The position numbers and the translations under genes were made by a program. Source: Nitrosopumilus sp. LS_AOA (GTDB lineage Archaea > Thermoproteota > Nitrososphaeria > Nitrososphaerales > Nitrosopumilaceae). From it: 64,000 nt of DNA. Shown piece by piece: positions 57,630-64,000 of this stretch. The notes beneath the pieces were generated by a model that had not been told where the DNA came from, did not search any database, and worked only from the letters and a program-made list of their open reading frames with translations. The stretch is taken from assembly GCA_001543015.1 (NCBI GenBank), contig LFLC01000057.1, positions 27,457-91,456 on the forward strand. The letters are read 5' to 3'. How positions within the stretch are numbered: position 1 is the first letter of the stretch; each line of letters starts with the position of its first letter.

Positions 57630-58685
57630 ATGTATGATGTAAAGTTTGTATATGGAAATTTAGTATTGATCGCAGTGACAGAAGAAAAAAAGAAAAAAGT
57701 AGTTGCATTACTTTCAGGAGGATTAGATAGTCAGCTTGCAGTACGAATGATGCAAGAACAAGGTTTTGAGGTTTCAGCTGTTGCAATAAAAACTCCTTTT
57801 TGTGATTTTGATTGTGGACGAGGTTGTGGATTTGAAATTAGAGAAAGAGCAGATGATCTTAATGTGAATTTAAAAACAGTTTATCTCGGTGATGAATACA
57901 TTGAGATGTTAAAACATCCTAAACATGGAATAGGTGCTGGATTTAATCCATGTGTTGATTGTAGAACAATGATGTTTGATGCAGCAAAAAAACACATGGA
58001 AGAAATTGGTGCAGAGTTTATTATTTCAGGTGAAGTCTTAGGACAACGTCCAATGAGTCAACATGCACCATCATTACACATTATAGAAAATGAATCTAAT
58101 TTGAAAGGAAAAATTGTAAGACCATTATCAGGAGGATTGCTACCACCAACAAATGCAGAAAAAGATGGATTGATCAAAAGAGAAGATCTTGGAATGATTA
58201 GAGGAAGACAAAGAAAAATTCAGATGAAAATGGCTAAAGAATATGGAATTGAAAATCCACCAAATGCAGGTGGTGGTTGTTTGTTAACAGAACCACAGTT
58301 TGGAATTAAAGCTAAAGATTTGTTTGATCATATTGAAACTCCTACAATTAACGAAATTGATTTATTAAAAATTGGAAGACACTTTAGATTAGATGAGGAA
58401 ACAAAATTTGTGGTGGGAAGAAATCAGGATGAAAATGAAATGATCAAAGCATTAGCATTACCTGGTGATATTTTACTTGAGGCTAGAGATGATCTAGGAC
58501 CAGTTTCAATTTTACGTGGCAAGAATGCAAAAGATAATGTAAAATTTGCATCATCAATTACACTCAGGTATTCAGATGCTCCTAAAGGACAACAAGGAGT
58601 AATCATAGTTAAGAAAGGTGATTTGTCTGAAGAAATTAAAACAGATAGAGCAGAAGAAGAATCTTACATTAAATTTAGAATGTAG
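57630..58685 (+). CDS. PP-loop ATP pyrophosphatase, tRNA thiolation enzyme-like (ThiI/MnmA-related)
   Basis: The PP-loop is VALLSGGLDS. Cys motifs are NPCVDCR and GGGCLLTEP. Confidence 0.7.
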   Translation: MYDVKFVYGNLVLIAVTEEKKKKVVALLSGGLDSQLAVRMMQEQGFEVSAVAIKTPFCDFDCGRGCGFEIRERADDLNVNLKTVYLGDEYIEMLKHPKHGIGAGFNPCVDCRTMMFDAAKKHMEEIGAEFIISGEVLGQRPMSQHAPSLHIIENESNLKGKIVRPLSGGLLPPTNAEKDGLIKREDLGMIRGRQRKIQMKMAKEYGIENPPNAGGGCLLTEPQFGIKAKDLFDHIETPTINEIDLLKIGRHFRLDEETKFVVGRNQDENEMIKALALPGDILLEARDDLGPVSILRGKNAKDNVKFASSITLRYSDAPKGQQGVIIVKKGDLSEEIKTDRAEEESYIKFRM

Positions 58686-58758
58686 GCGTGAAGTTTTTAA
58701 TAAATTGATTAAAACTAAGGAAGAGTTTTTGAGGAAGTAGATCTCATTTTCAACAAGG

Positions 58759-59037
58759 ATGCAAAAACAAGAAACACCCACATATTTGAAAGCCATAACA
58801 ATTAGAGACATCAGTGATGTTCATTCTATTCAAGAAGATATCAAAAAAGGTATGATTCTAATTCTAAGAGTAACACCATTGGCACAAAAAGATGTTGAAC
58901 AATTACGCAAAGTTGTAGAAGAATTGTATTCTATTGCAAAAAATTCTAATGCAGAAATTGCAAGATTAGGTGAGGAGAGAATTATTATTGCTCCATCAAA
59001 TATTAAAATCTGGAAACCAGAATACGATCTAAAATAA
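58759..59037 (+). CDS. sepF: SepF-like (DUF552) cell-division protein, core domain only
   Basis: The sequence YLKAITIRDISDVHSIQEDIKKGMILILRVTPLAQKDVEQLRKVVEELYSIAKNSNAEIARLGEERIIIAPSNIKIWK matches the archaeal SepF core as I remember it. Confidence 0.7.
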   Translation: MQKQETPTYLKAITIRDISDVHSIQEDIKKGMILILRVTPLAQKDVEQLRKVVEELYSIAKNSNAEIARLGEERIIIAPSNIKIWKPEYDLK

Positions 59038-61008
59038 TTTAATTGCTTCTTGAACTTGGGGATAATGTGCAGGTACTCTATACATTCGTCTAATATTCAT
59101 TGCAAGATTTTCTGATTTTGAACGTTCACCGTGATTAACTAAAACTCTTCTAAGTTTAGGTCTTAGTCTTTGTACAAATGACATTAATTGATTATAATCA
59201 CTGTGTCCACTGAATCCATCTAGTCTTTCAACACTACAATTGATCGTTACAACTTCTACTTTCCCTTCTTTGCCTAACATAGTTGCTTGTTTAGATCCAT
59301 CAAGAACTCTTCTACCCAAAGTTCCATTTACCTGATATGATACAAACAAAACCTTATTCTTTTTGTCAGGTGCAATGTTTTTGAAGTATTCTAAAACAGG
59401 ACCTCCTTCTAACATTCCGGATGTTGCTAAAATAATACAAGGAGAATCTTCTCTTAGTGGCTCTTCTCTTGCATCTGCATGTTCAATATTAGTGAAATAT
59501 TCAGAATCAAATGGATTATCATCAGTCTCTAAGATTTTTTGTTTTAGTTCTCTTGCAAGATATTCAGGATATGATTCATGTATAGCTGATGCCTCAGAGA
59601 TCATTCCTTCTGTAAATACTGGAGATTCAACCATTTCTCCTGATTTCATGTAATGATCAATTACCATCATAATTTCTTGTGCACGGCCAACTGCAGGAAT
59701 AGGAATCAAGACTTTTCCTCCATCAGCTAATGTATTGTTTACTGCATTAATGAAAGCAGATTCTACTTCTTGTCTAGTTGGTTGTATGTCTTCTTTAAGT
59801 CCATAGGTACTTTCAATCAATAATGTTTCTACTCTGGGGAAATTCCAACTAGCAGCTTCAAACAAAATACTTTTTCCAAATTTAATATCACCAGAATATA
59901 CAAAGTTATGATCTCCATTTCCAATATGAAAATGACATAAAGCAGAACCTAAAATATGACCTGCATTTGCAAGAACTAATTTAATGTCAGGGGAAATATC
60001 AGTTACAGTTCCATAAGGTAAAGTAATTGTTTGTCTCATAATTTGTTTAACATCTCGTTCAGAGTAAATTGGAGTTCTTCCTTGTGCTGCCGCTACTTTG
60101 ATTGCATCTAATTGAATTAGATTCATCATTGGAAGTGTTGGTTCAGTACAATAAATTGGGCCTTTGTATCCATATTTTGCCAAAGTAGGTAGGAATCCAG
60201 TATGATCTAAATGTGCATGTCCAATTACTATTGCATCAAGATCATCTAATGTTATATCAAGAGAATCTAATCTTGGAAATGAATCCATTGGAGAACGGGC
60301 ACCAGGATTAATTCCACAATCAATTAAGATCTTACTTTCAGGAGTGGATAATAGCATTGAAGATCTTCCAACTTGTCCAAATCCACCAAGAGTATAGAGA
60401 GAAACTTCAGTTCTTTGAGATAATCTAGGTCTAAAAATATCGTCACCGACTTGTTTGAGTTGTTTAGCTCTTTCAGAGGAGGCTTGTTTTAGAGTTGCAT
60501 TGATTGTTTGAATTGTCCGTGAGGGAATAGTTGTAGCTTTTCTAATACGTAATCTCCAACCTATTTTCTCAGTTACTTCAGCATGATTGAATTCTTTTGC
60601 ATTTCTTTGTAATAACCAAGGTCTTTTCACTTCAATTGATACTTCACCAGTAGTAGTATCAAAAATAGTTCCCTGTAGATTTGCTTCTTTTGGAACACAT
60701 TCTGCAAGAATTTTTCTAGCCTCAGTTTCTGGTTTTCTAATTGACTCATCTGTTCTGATTACAATTCTTTTTTTAATTACATTTACAAGATTTGAAATTA
60801 TGTCATTATGTTCCAACAAAAATCGTGGTGTGTTTGTATAAAGTGCAATTCTTGGTCCTTCGTATTCTATTTTTGTTATGCTTGCTTCTTTTGGTATACT
60901 TTGCAGTATGGTGGCCATTATATTCTGGCTACTAGGAGGTAATTCTTTTTGTTGTTGTTTTCGTTGCATTAAATCACTAAAGTTTGATGACTGCTTTCTT
61001 TTGTTCAT
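59029..61008 (-). CDS. aCPSF1: KH-domain + metallo-beta-lactamase / beta-CASP ribonuclease
   Basis: N-terminal KH-like repeats are present, with HAHLDHTG and beta-CASP motifs. The true start is probably an internal Met (60969 or 60918), which would avoid the psmB overlap. Confidence 0.9.
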   Translation of the reverse strand: MNKRKQSSNFSDLMQRKQQQKELPPSSQNIMATILQSIPKEASITKIEYEGPRIALYTNTPRFLLEHNDIISNLVNVIKKRIVIRTDESIRKPETEARKILAECVPKEANLQGTIFDTTTGEVSIEVKRPWLLQRNAKEFNHAEVTEKIGWRLRIRKATTIPSRTIQTINATLKQASSERAKQLKQVGDDIFRPRLSQRTEVSLYTLGGFGQVGRSSMLLSTPESKILIDCGINPGARSPMDSFPRLDSLDITLDDLDAIVIGHAHLDHTGFLPTLAKYGYKGPIYCTEPTLPMMNLIQLDAIKVAAAQGRTPIYSERDVKQIMRQTITLPYGTVTDISPDIKLVLANAGHILGSALCHFHIGNGDHNFVYSGDIKFGKSILFEAASWNFPRVETLLIESTYGLKEDIQPTRQEVESAFINAVNNTLADGGKVLIPIPAVGRAQEIMMVIDHYMKSGEMVESPVFTEGMISEASAIHESYPEYLARELKQKILETDDNPFDSEYFTNIEHADAREEPLREDSPCIILATSGMLEGGPVLEYFKNIAPDKKNKVLFVSYQVNGTLGRRVLDGSKQATMLGKEGKVEVVTINCSVERLDGFSGHSDYNQLMSFVQRLRPKLRRVLVNHGERSKSENLAMNIRRMYRVPAHYPQVQEAIKLF

Positions 61009-61609
61009 CAGTCAAAAGACGGAATCCATCTTTATCCATTACTGCGATGTTTATTCCATCACCAGTACCAATGTTTCTAACTATTGCTGCTTTAACAGCT
61101 CGTAGAGCTATTTGTTTTGCTTCCTCAATTGTAAGTTCTTCTCTAAATTCTGCTTCAAGTAAACCATAAGCTACTGGTGAACCACTACCAGTTGTAACAT
61201 ATGATTTTTCTTCAACTGAACCAAACATATCGACATTAAATAATGAAGGACCATTTGCATCAAATCCTCCAAGTAAAATATCAGCCATAAATGGATAGCC
61301 TCTATTTTGATGAAATATCAATGAACAGAGTCTTGCAAGTGAATGAATTGAAATTGAATTTTGTTTGTCTACTCTATGAAGATTTGAATGATAACGTAAA
61401 ATATCAACAATATTTTGTGCGTCTGCAACACCACCAGCAAGAGTCAAGCCTGCATGTAGGTCAATTTGTTGAATTTTCATGGTATTGTTATTTGCTATAA
61501 AATAACCAGCACTGGCTCTCATATCAGCACATAGTACAACCCCATCTTTTGCCTTGATACCTACTGTGGTGGTCCCATGCAGAATTTTTTCTTCAACGTT
61601 ATTTGACAT
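60977..61609 (-). CDS. psmB: Proteasome beta subunit
   Basis: A propeptide precedes the active-site Thr in HGTTTVGIKAKDGVVL. Confidence 0.95.
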   Translation of the reverse strand: MSNNVEEKILHGTTTVGIKAKDGVVLCADMRASAGYFIANNNTMKIQQIDLHAGLTLAGGVADAQNIVDILRYHSNLHRVDKQNSISIHSLARLCSLIFHQNRGYPFMADILLGGFDANGPSLFNVDMFGSVEEKSYVTTGSGSPVAYGLLEAEFREELTIEEAKQIALRAVKAAIVRNIGTGDGINIAVMDKDGFRLLTDEQKKAVIKL

Positions 61610-61685
61610 AAAATATACCTACTAAGATAATGAAATGCCATGTCACCCTTTTAAATAACTTTTTGATCCTTTGAAATCATAAATA

Positions 61686-62750
61686 ATGATAAAAAATCAA
61701 GATCGCATGCAATCACATACAATGGAATTACCCAGGCTCATCAAAATTGGTGAAAAAAACATTGGCGATTTTGGTGATTTTCTATATTTGTTAAATAAGC
61801 CAAAAAAGGTTTCCTTGATTTCAGGAATAAATGTTCAAAAAGTTGTAAAGAAAAAAATCGAAAAATCACTAAAATCAAAAAAAATCAAATTTATTTGGCA
61901 TACATCAAGAGATAATCAAATTAAATCATTGAATCAGATTCAAAAAAATGTAAAAAAAGATAATTCAGATTTGATTGTTGGAATTGGTGGAGGTCGTTCT
62001 GTAGATACAGCAAAATTAATTTCATTTAATTTAGATAAACCATTTGTAAGTTTGCCAACAGCTGCTTCTCATGATGGGATGGCTAGTCCGTTTGTTTCTG
62101 TAAAAAGTGATAAACCTCATTCAATTGTTGCATCTGCACCAATGGGAGTTTTTGTAGATATTGATATCATAAAAAATGCTCCATCAAAATTATTGTCTAG
62201 TGGTTGTGGGGATCTTATTGCAAATATAATAGCAGTAAAAGATTGGAAATTAGGTCACAAAAAGAAAAACGAATACTATGGACGATATGCCGCAAATTTA
62301 GCCTTGATGAGTGCTGAAATAGTCATGGAAAATTCTTCTGAATTTGCAAAGAATGGATTGGATGCAAGAGTGATTGTAGAGGGATTAATCAGTGCAGGAG
62401 TTGCATCATGTATTGCAGGAAGTAGTAGACCATGTTCAGGAGCAGAACATCTTTTTTCACATGCTCTTGATAAAATTGCTCCAGGTATTGGACTTCATGG
62501 AGAAAAATGTGGACTTGGTTCTATAATGATGGCAAAATTGCACAAACAAGATTGGAGAAAAATTGTAAAGACATTGAAAGATGTAGGTGCTCCAACAACT
62601 GCAAAACAAATAGGTCTAAATCCAGATGTAATAATTAAAGCTCTTACCATGGCACAAGAATTAAGACCAGAAAGATATACAATCTTAAAAGAAATTAAAA
62701 TGACTGAAAAGAAAGCTTTGAATCTTGCAAAGAGTACTAAAGTAATTTAA
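61686..62750 (+). CDS. egsA: Glycerol-1-phosphate dehydrogenase [NAD(P)+]
   Basis: The Fe-ADH superfamily motif GIGGGRSVDTAK and the pattern SGAEHLFSHALD...GLHGEKCG are present. The start may be an internal Met. Confidence 0.9.
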   Translation: MIKNQDRMQSHTMELPRLIKIGEKNIGDFGDFLYLLNKPKKVSLISGINVQKVVKKKIEKSLKSKKIKFIWHTSRDNQIKSLNQIQKNVKKDNSDLIVGIGGGRSVDTAKLISFNLDKPFVSLPTAASHDGMASPFVSVKSDKPHSIVASAPMGVFVDIDIIKNAPSKLLSSGCGDLIANIIAVKDWKLGHKKKNEYYGRYAANLALMSAEIVMENSSEFAKNGLDARVIVEGLISAGVASCIAGSSRPCSGAEHLFSHALDKIAPGIGLHGEKCGLGSIMMAKLHKQDWRKIVKTLKDVGAPTTAKQIGLNPDVIIKALTMAQELRPERYTILKEIKMTEKKALNLAKSTKVI

Positions 62751-62751
62751 T

Positions 62752-63528
62752 TTAATTAGTTTTTTGTTCAGGTGTTGTTTTTTTAGTTTCTGTAATTGTT
62801 TCTTTTGTTTTTGTTATTTCAGGTTTCTTTTCTTGAACTTGTTTATTGACATGTGTTTCTACAAAACTTACTTTTTCCAAAGTTGAAACAAATTTGAAAA
62901 TATCTAATTGAATGAAATGTTTCATTATTTGTAAACCGTCAGCACGTAAAATTTCTTCAGGAATATTAACACTAACTTCTTTATCTTTTAAATCAAATGA
63001 AACTTTTGTGTCTTCAACAGGGAATCTATTTTTGAGAATTCCATCAATTTTGTCATTTGGAGAATCAAGAGATTTGATAACATTTACTTCATATAAGATA
63101 GTTTTTCCGGCATATCTGTGATTATAATCAATTTGAACTCTTCCTGAACCAATAAAACGAATAATTCCTCGTTTGTTATCAACTTCAATTGTATCACCTA
63201 CAGATACTTTTTCTGCATCTTCACCTAATTTTCTAGTTGGAATCATTCTAACTTTACCAGTGTCTCTTTCACCAAAGCCTTTGTCAGGTGAAACTTCAAC
63301 TGTTAGTTTATCGCCAACAGATGTTTTTGCAAGTGCTTCATCTAATCCTTTAAGAACTGGATATGATACCTCACCAATTGAAACTAGTTTTGGTTGATAC
63401 TTTACATTTGGTTCATGAATGGAATATTTTTTTGCATCCTCTTCAATAGTTGTATCAAAAACATCTTCACTACCTTTTACCTTTGCAGTATAATCTACTA
63501 AAATTAGTGAACCTTTATCAAATGTCAA
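62752..63528 (-). CDS. Long-type archaeal FKBP peptidyl-prolyl cis-trans isomerase
   Basis: The FKBP core with an IF insert reads LILVDYTAKVKGSEDVFDTT...YAGKTILYEVNV. A C-terminal domain follows. Confidence 0.85.
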   Translation of the reverse strand: MTFDKGSLILVDYTAKVKGSEDVFDTTIEEDAKKYSIHEPNVKYQPKLVSIGEVSYPVLKGLDEALAKTSVGDKLTVEVSPDKGFGERDTGKVRMIPTRKLGEDAEKVSVGDTIEVDNKRGIIRFIGSGRVQIDYNHRYAGKTILYEVNVIKSLDSPNDKIDGILKNRFPVEDTKVSFDLKDKEVSVNIPEEILRADGLQIMKHFIQLDIFKFVSTLEKVSFVETHVNKQVQEKKPEITKTKETITETKKTTPEQKTN

Positions 63529-63569
63529 TGTGTTCGCTCTCGAATTTCCTTATATTAAGTTAACAAGAT

Positions 63570-64000
63570 TTAGAGAGTTTTTAGTTTTTCATCTGCAGTT
63601 TTGAGTCCTGCTGCAGCATCAGTATCATATCCCATCATTGCCAAAGTAGATGAAATTGCTGAAATAGTTCTCATTACATGATATGGACTCACTTCACCCA
63701 TACATCCAACTCGAAATACCTTACCTTTAAGATCGCCAAATCCACCGGCTACCAAAACTTTGAACTTGTTAGCAAGTGTACTTCGGAATGTTTTGTCTTC
63801 TAGTCCATCTAAATAATTTAATGCGACAATTGAAATTGAACGATCTTCTTCTTTTGCAAATGGTGTTAATCCAATTGCACTTAGTCCAGAGTATAATGCG
63901 TCAGAGCAAACCTTATGACGATTAAAGACATTTTGTAATCCTTCTTCAAGCATTATTGTCAATGCTTCTCTGTATGCGTACATTAGTGGTAATGCAGGAG
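63570..64000 (-). CDS. Class V aminotransferase (serine/alanine-glyoxylate type), C-terminal part. The gene continues past the right edge.
   Basis: The C-terminal pattern GGFGDLKGKVFRVGCMGEV is present. The frame stays open to the window end. Confidence 0.8.
   Translation of the reverse strand, partial: PALPLMYAYREALTIMLEEGLQNVFNRHKVCSDALYSGLSAIGLTPFAKEEDRSISIVALNYLDGLEDKTFRSTLANKFKVLVAGGFGDLKGKVFRVGCMGEVSPYHVMRTISAISSTLAMMGYDTDAAAGLKTADEKLKTL

Noticed and set aside
58705-58761. In-frame TTG...TAG mini-frame (MIKTKEEFLRK*) directly upstream of sepF, considered as stop-codon readthrough supplying a membrane-targeting helix
   Set aside because: The peptide is charged rather than amphipathic-hydrophobic. 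Nothing in the sequence supports readthrough, and coincidence is more likely.
1-64000. Window-wide search for CRISPR arrays, tRNA or rRNA genes, IS elements, integrases and toxin-antitoxin pairs
   Set aside because: I found no repeat-spacer periodicity, no GC-rich structured RNA islands in intergenic DNA, and no transposase or integrase motifs. The only notable repeats are the intragenic ones reported above. This was a visual scan only, so tRNAscan-SE or Infernal should confirm it.

Overview
The window is AT-rich, gene-dense (about 90% coding) archaeal chromosome. It most resembles an ammonia-oxidising thaumarchaeon of the Nitrosopumilus type. Supporting genes: signal-peptide Amt transporter, cupredoxin with a PEFG-CTERM tail, archaeal thiolase plus DUF35 pair, A-type ATP synthase, glycerol-1-phosphate dehydrogenase, proteasome beta subunit, aCPSF1, and archaeal pantoate kinase and phosphopantothenate synthetase. 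I saw no rRNA, tRNA, CRISPR array, transposase or integrase. Housekeeping blocks: nrdJ (partial), thiolase/DUF35, pyrB/pyrI, atpE-A-B-D-(43 aa)-K with divergent atpI and a detached atpC, amt, tmk-HD-pyrH, a CoA operon (PoK-PPS-panB-coaBC), sepF-like, aCPSF1, psmB, egsA. The most interesting stretch is 7.4-21.0 kb, a metal (probably copper) island. It holds three large uncharacterised secreted paralogs, a CopC-CopD-beta-propeller fusion, an anchored beta-sandwich protein, a two-domain cupredoxin, NikR and a ZnuABC-type importer. Five of its secreted proteins are predicted to begin with histidine after signal cleavage, which suggests a histidine-brace Cu site. A 225-bp, roughly 93% identical inverted repeat brackets the island core. 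The second notable item is a wHTH + ATP-cone + catalytically dead NrdD-like protein beside nrdJ, with a TGATC(A/G) motif array in the nrdJ upstream region. All calls rest on by-eye motif recognition and manual translation. No database search was run.
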